Assembly (NCBI RefSeq): GCF_018977255.1
Contig: NW_024704772.1
Coordinates: 682,001-746,000 of the forward strand
Direction: 5' to 3'
DNA from: Callorhinchus milii
Taxonomy: Eukaryota
DNA: 64,000 nucleotides
Positions 27,501 through 38,072 of this stretch are shown here, one piece after another. The stretch's first letter is position 1; the number at the start of each line of letters is the position of its first letter. The notes beneath the pieces are model-generated. The model worked only from the letters and a program-made list of their open reading frames with translations. It was not told the DNA's origin and did no database searches. The position numbers were made by a program, and so were the translations under genes.

Positions 27501-29073
27501 TTCCACCAGCTCAGCAACTCAAAGACGTTCTCGATTAGAAAGTCCTCTCCGGTCAGTTCAAAGTACAGGACTCTCTGGCGCACACACAGGCTGAGGAGGT
27601 TATGAGAGACAGGCTCCCTGGGGAGACAGACAGTGGAAGCAGAAAGAGTTGATTCTTTCAAGAGCGAAGGACAAATTTCCGTCAGGAAATAATATCTGGG
27701 GGAAGACAGTGTGTAGTCTGGGGTCACGACATGTCCAGCGACGGCAGGGATAGCGGAAGGCCAACTGGATGGACCTTTGGTCTTCTTTCGTCCAGCGAGT
27801 GCTTAAGTCGGAGTTGGTTCTAAAGGACACGAGTCTACAAAGCCAGGCCGGACACTCCTCAAAGCTTGGATTAAGCTGCGATTTTCCTGCAGTTTTCAGA
27901 AGATAAGCCTTGGAAACCCTCCAACCTCTCTCCCTCCCTCTCTCTGTGTCTCTCTCTCAGGAGAATCAGCCCTCCTCACGGTAAGAAACCTTTCCTCTTG
28001 CTTTTGTATTGAAGGCACAGTAAGGGTATCCAGCACTCTGGGACTCTATTATAAATGCAAGTTGTTGTTAAACCGCCGAGTACTATTTTCCAAACTATGG
28101 CTGTCGCTTAGAAAAGGGAGAAGCCAAAATATCTGCTCCTTGTTCTGGGGGGGCGCGGAGTGGGGGGGGGGGGGGGGTGGATGCTCAATGAAGCAGCACT
28201 GAGAGGATTTCATACTTTTCTTTCTGTTTAAGAGGGAACCACGAGACGAGTTACAAAGTCCATTCAGAGACTGTGTGTCAGAATAATAACAACCCCTGCA
28301 ACTGGCACAGCACTTGTCACGTCTTCTCGACGTCTCAAAGCGCTTCACAGGAATATAATAATAATAATAATCCTTGCATTTGATATAGCGCTTCTCACGT
28401 CGGGAGGACGTCCCAAAGCGCTTCACAGAACACACTGTAAAGTGAATTGACTGTATATTTGTGGGAAAAACGCGGCAGCCAATCGCGCACAACAGCGTCC
28501 CCACAGACAGCGGTGGATTGAAAATGATCAATTTATTATTGTTTTTTTTTTGAGGGATTATTATCAGGTGTGTGTGTGGAGTAAGGGAACTCGCCCAAGG
28601 TTTCACCCTGACCCGCCGGGAACCGAACCCAGGGGTCTCTCGCTTGCAAAGCGAGTGCTCTGACCACCGAGCTACCCTACCGCCTCACAGGATATACCGT
28701 GAAGTGTGGCGACTGGGTATTTTGGGGGCAAAATGTATTTAGGGACGTGCGCGGGGCAAACGTTGCTGTTCGGAGTTACAGTCCCCAAGCACTGTCCTGC
28801 ACGGCTGGCTTTGATATTTCACCCTGCGATTAGCTGACTGGTACGTGAGCTGACGAGTGAGCCGAGCATTGAATGCGAATCAGCTGCCTTAGTGCTTCAT
28901 TCTCAGCCCCGCCCGGCCCCGCCCGGCCCGGCCCCGCCCGGACCGGTCCGGCATGTTCCTGCTGTCTCTGTGGATAAGTACTTAATACGCCAGCGCTGGT
29001 TTCTTTGTCCAATCAGCACTTGCACCACACGGAATCTGGGTGCGGATTGCGCCATTTTCCCCACCGCAGCCAT
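21546..29073 (-). CDS. bcat2: Branched-chain amino acid aminotransferase, mitochondrial (exons 29073-29020 tentative, 26926-26852, 26496-26296, 25943-25833, 25391-25272, 24762-24599, 24164-24022, 23555-23470, 22665-22525, 22033-21959, 21587-21546)
   Basis: Eleven exons splice in frame. Motifs include [38 protein letters not shown], the PLP lysine in DCKLGGNYG, EVGTMN, ILPGVTR, the redox CXXC in GTACVVCP, and the end [13 protein letters not shown]. An Arg/Ser-rich presequence-like N-terminus and linkage to bax support BCAT2 over BCAT1. Exon 1 has a weaker donor (caa|gtgctg). Confidence 0.93.
27300..27800 (+). mobile_element. CR1-like LINE 3' fragment in bcat2 intron 1
   Basis: Degenerate ORF2 C-terminal words (RLPG...VEAE..DSFK..DKF) followed by the tail aaggccaactggatggacctttggtcttc. 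The reverse complement of this tail recurs at ~7561-7620 and ~22727-22800. Confidence 0.55.
28356..28675 (-). mobile_element. tRNA-derived SINE, short subfamily copy
   Basis: Reverse-complement match to 19378-19707, including the tRNA-like head and (ATT)n tail. Confidence 0.8.
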
Positions 29074-29230
29074 CGGCAAAACCGCAGCTGCCCGCAGACG
29101 GCGACAACAACTTGGGACTGACACCGCGCCCTCTAACGCCGTCTCAGAGCGCTTTAGAGCGCACGCACAAGGCAGTTCTAAGACGCTCGCGTCAAGTCCC
29201 GGTGAGGGAGGTTTCGGTGGCAGAACGGAC
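28880..29230 (-). promoter_or_regulatory. CpG-rich 5' region / promoter of bcat2
   Basis: CpG-dense non-repeat sequence with (GCCCG)n GC-box-like runs at 28906-28945 around the putative first exon. Confidence 0.5.
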
Positions 29231-29546
29231 TCGGGGTTGAGACTCGAGGAGCGCGAGGACCTGGGGTTCGATTCCCAGTGCGGGAGAGCGAAACCTCAGG
29301 CGAGTGGCCTTTACGCGGGAGGGGAGGTACGCGCTCTGAAACGAGCTCCACTCCCCGGGGCTGCGGAAACACATTCCACTCCAACCCCCACGTTGGGAGG
29401 ACTCGCGTCCTCCCGACGTGAAAGGCGCTCTAGAAATGGAATCTTCTTGTCGTTGTTGTTGTTGTTGTTGTTGATGACTCCCGTCCGACCGTTTGTTGAC
29501 TTTGGAGTGAGTCGGGTTTCGAGCCATAACAACAACGGTAATAATA

Positions 29547-29583
<37 letters not shown>

Positions 29584-29906
29584 GGGTAATAACAACCCAT
29601 TAATAGGATAATAAAATAATAATAGTCATAAAACAGTAACAGTCAAATAAGCCAATTTGTGCTCAATGGTGTCCTACAATTTTATTCGGGGAGGGGTGGG
29701 GGGGGGGGGTGAGGGGGGGTGTTAGCCAGGACACTGGGAAAGAGAGTGAGCGAGAGAGAGAGAGAGAGAGAAACTTTTCTTTTTGAATAGCCCCGCGGGG
29801 GGAGATCTTTAACATCCGCCTGAACCCCCCCACCCCCCAAACACACACACAGTCGCCCCCACCCACCCCATACCATTCCCCCCCCCCAACCCGCTCCTAT
29901 AGTTAT

Positions 29907-30183
29907 AATTCCAGGCAGAGGGCGAAACCTCGGGCAAGTTTCCTTACTCCACACAGAGCCTAATAATAATCCTCCAAAACCAAAAACAATAATAAATTGG
30001 TCATTTTCAATCTGCGACTGTTTGTGGGACATTACTGTGCGCAATTGGCTGCCGCGTTCGCCCACAAATATACAGTCAATTCACTTTACAGTGTGTTCTG
30101 TGAAGCGCTTTGGGACGTCCTCTCCCGACGTGAAAAGCGCTATATCAAATGCGAGGATTATTATTATTATTATTATTATTATT
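29907..30183 (+). mobile_element. 5'-truncated SINE, nearly identical to 19435-19707
   Basis: aattccaggcagagggcgaaacc...acagagcctaataataatcctccaaaac...cgacgtgaaaagcgctatatcaaatgc(ATT)n. Confidence 0.85.
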
Positions 30184-30517
30184 AATCCCGTACTTCACTC
30201 CCGTCTCCCGCTCGGCTGAGAGCGCCGTCGACTCCGGCCACACACTGCCCCGTCGCTCCCCCCCAAGTGATGTGGGGGTGGGTGGGGGGTGGGGTGAGGG
30301 GGTCAGGGCGCACAGCGTCAATTTACACCCCCCACCCTCCGCTCCGCTCACACTCGCTCTCTCTCAAACAGGCCGACTCTCTACCGACCTTGTTTACCCC
30401 ACACCGGCCCCCCCTTCCCCCCCCCCTCCCACCTTTCCCGGGAACCCCACCCTTCAGCAGCAACGACAACAACAACAACAACGACGAAATGACACTTGAA
30501 GGGCGTCTCTCACGTCG

Positions 30518-31610
30518 GGGGGGGGGGGGGGGGGGTGAGTGAAGTCAGAGAGCTCTCTCCTTTTACACTCTCTCTCTTCATTTACACACTCTCTCTCTCT
30601 CCTTTTACACTCTCTCTCTTCATTTACACACTCTCTCTCTCTCCATTTACACACTCTCTCTCTCCATTTACACACTCTCTCCATTTACACACTCTCTCCA
30701 TTTACACTCTCTCCATTTACACACTCTCTCTCCATTTACACTCTCTCCATTTACACACTCTCTCTCCATTTACACACTCTCTCCATTTACACACTCTCTC
30801 TCTCTCCATTTACACACTCCCTCTCCATTTACACTCTCTCCATTTACACACTCTCTCTCTCCATTTACACACTCTCTCTCTCTCCATTTACACACTCTCT
30901 CTCTCCATTTACACACTCTCTCTCTCCATTTACACACTCTCTCTCTCTCCATTTACACACTCTCTCCATTTACACACTCTCTCTCCATTTACACACTCTC
31001 TCTCTCTCCATTTACACACTCTCTCTCTCCATTTACCCCCCCACTGTCTCTCACTCCCTTCCCTCCTTCTTTCTCTTTGTTACTCACTCCCTCCATCGCT
31101 CTGTTTTTACTCTCTCCATCACTTACTCTCTCACTTTTTGTTTCTCTCACCTCCTCCCCTCTCTCCCCCCTCTCACTTACTCCTTCACCCCCTTCCCCCT
31201 CCTCCTGTACCCTCTCCCCCTGTCCCCCTCTCTCCCCTGTCCCCCCTCTCCCTCTCCCCCTGTCCCCCCTCTCCCCTCTCTCCCCTGTCCCCCTCTCTCC
31301 CCCTGTCCCCCTCTCTCCCCCTGTCCCCCCCTGTCCCCCCTCTCTCCCCTGTCCCCCCCTGTCCCTCTCTCCCCCTGTCCTCCCTCTCTCCCTCTCCCCC
31401 TGTCCTCCCTCTCTCCCTCTCCCCCTGTCCCCTGTCACCTCCTCTCCCCCTGTCCCCCCCTCTCCCCCTGTCCCCCCTCTCCCCTGTCCCCCCCTGTCCC
31501 CCCTCTCTCCCCTCTGTCCCCCTCTCCCCCTGTCCCCCCTCTCCCCCTGTCCCCCTCTCTCCCTGTCCCCCTCTCTCCCTGTCCCCCTCTCTCCCTCTGT
31601 CCTCTCACTC
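30518..31610. repeat. Composite pyrimidine minisatellite: CCATTTACACA(CT)n units, a spacer, then CCCCTGT/CCCTCT units
   Basis: Directly visible tandem units; source of the long spurious HTLSL/PLSP ORFs. Confidence 0.9.
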
Positions 31611-34600
31611 ACTCACTCACCCGCCTCAGTCCTGTCGCCGCCATTGCACCGTCACAACCCCTCCCCCCGGAACCCGCCCCCGGGACAAAGGTTCCGCCCC
31701 AACAGCCCAGAGACAGACTCCCCCCACACCCCCTCACACACACCCCACACACACTCACCCCCACACACACACCCTCACACACACACACCCTCACACACCC
31801 CCTCACACACACACCCTCACACCCCCACACACACACACACTCACCCCCACACACACACCACACTCACACACAACACACCTCACACACCCCCTCACACACA
31901 CACCCTCACACCCCCACACCACACACACACTCACCCCACACNNNNNNNNNNNNNNNNNNNNNNNNNNNNNNNNNNNNNNNNNNNNNNNNNNNNNNNNNNN
32001 NNNNNNNNNNNNNNNNNNNNNNNNNNNNNNNNNNNNNNNNNNNNNNNNNNNNNNNNNNNNNNNNNNNNNNNNNNNNNNNNNNNNNNNNNNNNNNNNNNNN
32101 NNNNNNNNNNNNNNNNNNNNNNNNNNNNNNNNNNNNNNNNNNNNNNNNNNNNNNNNNNNNNNNNNNNNNNNNNNNNNNNNNNNNNNNNNNNNNNNNNNNN
32201 NNNNNNNNNNNNNNNNNNNNNNNNNNNNNNNNNNNNNNNNNNNNNNNNNNNNNNNNNNNNNNNNNNNNNNNNNNNNNNNNNNNNNNNNNNNNNNNNNNNN
32301 NNNNNNNNNNNNNNNNNNNNNNNNNNNNNNNNNNNNNNNNNNNCCAACAGCCCAGAGACAAGCACCCACCACACCCCCAACAGCCCACCCCACCCCCACA
32401 CCCCACCCACATACACACACACACACACACATACCCACCCCCACCCCCCTCACACCCCCCCCCCCACACACACACCCACACACACCCCACTCCTCCCACA
32501 CATACACCCTCACACACATCCACTCCCTCACACACACACTGACACACACCCCCACACAAAAACACACGCAGTCACTACAATTTACAGTATATTCCTTGGA
32601 AGCGCTTTGGGACGTCTCCATTAGGTGCTGTGAGAAACGCAAAGATTTCATATAATAATAATAATAATCTTCGTATTTTTATGGTATAAATGTTTTTATT
32701 TATTTAAAGAAATACGTAAATATCTGCAACACTTAGGTACATAACCTGTATATGCCTGTGTGTGAGTGTGTATCTGTGTGTGAGTGTGTATCTGTGTGTG
32801 AGTGTGTNNNNNNNNNNNNNNNNNNNNNNNNNNNNNNNNNNNNNNNNNNNNNNNNNNNNNNNNNNNNNNNNNNNNNNNNNNNNNNNNNNNNNNNNNNNNN
32901 NNNNNNNNNNNNNNNNNNNNNNNNNNNNNNNNNNNNNNNNNNNNNNNNNNNNNNNNNNNNNNNNNNNNNNNNNNNNNNNNNNNNNNNNNNNNNNNNNNNN
33001 NNNNNNNNNNNNNNNNNNNNNNNNNNNNNNNNNNNNNNNNNNNNNNNNNNNNNNNNNNNNNNNNNNNNNNNNNNNNNNNNNNNNNNNNNNNNNNNNNNNN
33101 NNNNNNNNNNNNNNNNNNNNNNNNNNNNNNNNNNNNNNNNNNNNNNNNNNNNNNNNNNNNNNNNNNNNNNNNNNNNNNNNNNNNNNNNNNNNNNNNNNNN
33201 NNNNNNNNNNNNNNNNNNNNNNNNNNNNNNNNNNNNNNNNNNNNNNNNNNNNNNNNNNNNNNNNNNNNNNNNNNNNNNNNNNNNNNNNNNNNNNACACCT
33301 CGACCTTTCGTGTGTTCGTTGTGTGTGTGTGTGTGTGTTTCGGGCTCGGAGGACAATCAATGTGAGCTGTTCTGGGGAGAGGGGGGGGTGCGGGGGGAGA
33401 GGGGGGTGCGGGGGGAGAGGGGGGTGCGGGGGAGTGTCTCCAGTCCTGCGCTGTGACTGGCTTCGGGGGAGAGGTGTGGATGTGGCGTTACATCATCAGG
33501 AACGGTCAGTCCGAGCTGAAGGGGACAGAAGGAAGAAGTGGGAGGCTTTGAGAAGACCATCCAATTGGCCAGCACCTCGCGTGTGCGTGTGTGTGTGTGT
33601 GTGTGTGGGGGGGGGTGTGTGGGGGTGTCTCGTGTCCCAAGCGTCAATGTCGCTCGTACTCCCCCTCCACCCCAACCCCCCCCCCACCGTTCCACATACC
33701 CGGGTCCACAGTCATTTCTATTTCGGGAGAACATTTAAGACGTAACTCCTGACACCTCGTGGCCTCGCTCGGCTGTGGGCTACTGACCTGCTGCGTTCCG
33801 CCCCGCAAAACACACAGTCACTACGCCTCACAGTGTGCCCCGTGAAGCGCTTCGAGACGTCGTGACGACGTGATGAGGCGCCGGGTCAAACGCCGGGATT
33901 TTATTATTATTATTATTACTATTACGATCATATTGACGGTGCGAGTGGCTTAAGTGGTCGGCGACCGGTTAAGTCAGGGTTGAGTTATCAGGAGTTTGCT
34001 TCATTGACAACAGTTTTTAATAGAATCCACTGTTTGACACATGTTCGTTTGTTTTCATTTCAGGTGACACTCGACCCTCACTATGTCACTAACGACGACG
34101 ACGACAACAACTTGGCATTTACTCCCGAGGGTGGAACGGAGGAGGGCGCGAGCGCGAGGGAGGGCCGGAGCCAGTTCGAGCGGAGGCAACGGTTGGTGGG
34201 TCGGGGAATGAGCGGGTCGGAGAGGTCAGACCCCTTTGAGAAAGTGTGGGGAAGAGATGTGCAGCAAGGAGACTGCTCCCTCCCTCCCTCCCTCCCTCCC
34301 TCCCTCCCTCCCTCTACGGGGCAGAGAAGACCCTCATCTCTTTACCTCCTCCCGATGAAACGGCCATATTCAGCAGCTCCTTGCGCGACTGATCCAACAA
34401 GGAACACGCGTGTTCCCTGACACAGAGTCTCGGCTCACGGGCCGCCGCTGGGCAGGAGACCTCGGTTGGTTCTGAGCGCGGCGACGGCTTACCCTCAGCG
34501 CAGAGTGGTACGCGATCCCGATTGAACGACTCACCCAAAAAAGGCCCAATGGACGAACGTGTCTTGAGAAGAATCCAGCGAGCTCCCGCACGGGGGAAAT

Positions 34601-34827
34601 CAGGTCACCATCTTTTCGGGGACGTTGTCCCGACACGGGGCCGGGTGGGGCTGGTTCAGCTGAAGCGAGCCAAGCCTTTGCTCGTCACCCGCAAGAGCGA
34701 CCTACCTTGTGTTTAATTCCGCCCGCGTGGCTCCAGGGATGGAGCGCCGAGGAAAGCACAGGCACGATCCAGACTTGCTCCAAATCAGCGAGTGCCTCCT
34801 CGNNNNNNNNNNNNNNNNNNNNNNNNN

Positions 34828-35830
34828 GGGGGGGGGGGGGGTGAGTGAAGTCAGAGAGCTCTCTCCTTTTACACTCTCTCTCTCCCTTTACACACTCTCT
34901 CTCTCTCCCTTTACACTCTCTCTCTCCCTTTACACACTCTCTCTCTCCCTTTACACACTCTCTCTCTCCCTTTACACACTCTCTCCCTTTACACACTCTC
35001 TCCCTTTACACTCTCTCCCTTTACACACTCTCTCTCCCTTTACACATTCTCTCCCTTTACACACTCTCTCTCCCTTTACACACTCTCTCCCTTTACACAC
35101 TCTCTCTCTCTCCCTTTACACACTCTCTCTCCCTTTACACTCTCTCCCTTTACACACTCTCTCTCTCCCTTTACACACTCTCTCTCCCTTTACACACTCT
35201 CTCTCTCCCTTTACACACTCTCTCTCTCCCTTTACACACTCTCTCTCTCTCCCTTTACACACTCTCTCCCTTTACACACTCTCTCTCCCTTTACACACTC
35301 TCTCTCTCTCCCTTTACACACTCTCTCTCTCCCTTTACCCCCCCACTGTCTCTCACTCCCTTCCCTCCTTCTTTCTCTTTGTTACTCACTCCCTCCATCG
35401 CTCTCTGTTTTTACTCTCTCCATCACTTACTCTCTCACTTTTTGTTTCTCTCACCTCCTCCCCCTCTCTCCCCCCCTCTCACTTACTCCTTCACCCCCTT
35501 CCCCCCCTCCTCCTGTACCCTCTCCCCCTGTCCCCCTCTCTCCCCTGTCCCCCCTCTCCCTCTCCCCCTGTCCCCCCTCTCCCCTCTCTCCCCTGTCCCC
35601 TCTCTCCCCCTGTCCCCCTCTCCCCCCTGTCCCCCCCTGTCCCCCCTCTCTCCCCCTGTCCCCCCTGTCCCCTCTCTCCCCTGTCCCCCCTGTCCCCCTC
35701 TCCCCTGTCACCCCTCTCTCCCTCTCCCCCTGTCCCCTGTCACCTCCTCTCCCCTGTCCCCCCCTCTCCCCCTGTCCCCCCCTCTCCCCTGTCCCCCCCT
35801 GTCCCCCCTCTCTCCCCCTCTCCCCTGTCC
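34828..35830. repeat. Second copy of the composite minisatellite, with CCCTTTACACA(CT)n units
   Basis: Same leader (G)n-tgagtgaagtcagagagctctctccttttacac and same spacer as 30518-31610. Confidence 0.9.
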
Positions 35831-36923
35831 TCAGGCTGAGGGCCTCAACCCCAACGCCATTATTTGGTAGCAGGAACTTGCGAGCCTCTTCGCCGCTCTG
35901 TGCGAAACACTTCGTATAGAGGCACCGCGGCGAGGTTTCACTCTCACACGTCACCTCCTCGTCGTTCCCAGCGCCCGGCCCTGGGAACATACAACAGCAC
36001 CTGTGCCTTGCACATGTAAGATTAGGCACCGGGTTAATCATTACTGAATAAGGTTTTGCTGGGGAGCTGTTACTGTTCTTGTTCAATGTTTCAGGACATT
36101 CATTTCCTTGTGACATTTTGACATCAAATGCCTCCAGTGTTTAAAATGCCCCCCCAAAAAAAAACAATAAATAAAGTTATTTATTTCTAACCAAAAGAAA
36201 CCTCTTTGATCGATCCTTCACGTTCTGGTTAGTTCTGAGATGAAACACTTCTATTTGTGACTCATCTGGTTACCCACCTGTGAGCTACAAAAAGGAATGA
36301 CTCTATACATTTGCCTATTATTATTATTATTATTAGGTTCAGGGTATCAAGGGATATGGAGCAAAGGCGGGTAATTGGAGTTGAGGTACAGAGCAGCCCT
36401 AGTAGAGAAGGCGTAACAGGCTTGAGGGGCTGAATGGCCTCCTCCTGCTCCTACGTTCCTCATCAACAATCTGTTCTGTGGGCTGAAAATTTTCGCTTCA
36501 AGTCAAACTGAGCTCATGTGTAGTGCCCGGGGTGAGTGACATCCACAATGACACTGTGTGACAGGAATGACCAGGGTAAAGCCTTTATGATACAAGCAGC
36601 GTATTATAAGAGGAACAAATGGGGGTGGGGGGGGGGCGGGGGGTGGTGGGGGGACAGGTCAGCAATGGACATGTTAGTGCTATAGACTCACTCTTGTTTT
36701 GGACTGTGTCGGAGACACATTTCGCGAAGGTTTTACAGAGAGTTTGTCAGAGAGGGAAAGAGACGTTGCTAATTTTGTCCAAGATTTGTACAGAGGTTCC
36801 CGGTGTGAACGACCTACTTTCAGTCACTGCTCTCCATTCAGGTTGTTTTCTTTTGGTGAGTTACCTTTCTATCCGGTTCCCCCCTTTCCCTCTATCCTAA
36901 AAAACACCCTCTCTGTGTCAGGC

Positions 36924-36958
<35 letters not shown>

Positions 36959-38072
36959 TTGGTTGCTCAATCCACGACTGTTTGTGCGCAATTGGCTGCC
37001 ACGTTTCACCCACAAAATATACAGTCACTACACCACGTTATATTCTGTGAAGCGCTTTGAGACGTAATCCACTCACGCCTCTGGTTACCATCAGTCAGTA
37101 GGAACCCGGTTGTTAGTCGATTGGCGGATGGCTTTTCCGGGGGTAATAATCCCTCAAAAAACATGTGGTCACTCAATCCACGACGGTTTGTGAGGGACGC
37201 TGCTGTGCGCAATTGGCTGCCGGGTTTCTACCACAAAATACACGGTCACTACACTTTACAGTGTATTCCTGTGAAGCGCTTTGAGGCGTCTCAGTGACAT
37301 GATAAGGCGCCGTATCAAATGCAAGGATTATATAATGTGGGCTGTCAGCCTCTTGCGGTGATAGAAACTGCCAAACAGACAGACAGACAGACAGACACGC
37401 ACACACACACACGCGCGCGCGCACACACACACACGCACGCTCGCACGCACGCACCCACGCACGCCTCCGTTTACCAGCAGTGAGTAGGAACCCGGTTGTT
37501 AGTCGATCGGTGGATCACTTTCTGGGGGTAATAATCCCTCCAAAAAAAATAATAATAGTTTGATCACTCACTTCACAGCTGTGTGTGGGATGTCGCTGTG
37601 CGCAATGGGGCTTCCGTGTTTCGCCCACAAAATGATTATTTCCATCCATCGTCGCTGCCTCCGGGGGTCCCGGACGATGATGGATATTATTGTGAAACGT
37701 TGAGATTCTGATGATTATTTTGCCTCCACAGGCGATGGATGCTCGAAAAGATGTTGCCGAGAAAAAGGTAGGCGTTGCTGTTAGCCGAAGGAAATATCGT
37801 AGAAAAATGTAGTCGGTCGGCGGGTGATAACAACCCCTTCAAAAAAATATGAATAATTTGGTCGCTCAACCCACGACTGTTTGTGGGGACCGTCGCTGGG
37901 CGCGATTGTCCCACAAAACACGCACAGTCGCTACGCTTTACGGTATGCTCCGCGAAGCGCTTTGAGACGTGATTAGGCGCTGTATCAAAACCCGTATTGT
38001 TGTTGTTATTAATTATTATTGATTATTATTAATTATTTCTGTTTGGTTAGGTATACGGCAGCATCTTTTGTG

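Noticed and set aside
27239-27727. 162-aa minus-strand ORF in bcat2 intron 1
   Set aside because: Antisense reading of a decayed CR1 LINE 3' end.
30496-32655. Long ORFs of 500-700 aa (HTLSL/PLSP-rich), and similar ones at 34709-35870
   Set aside because: Translations of stop-free CT/CA minisatellites that run through N-gaps; no splice or domain support.
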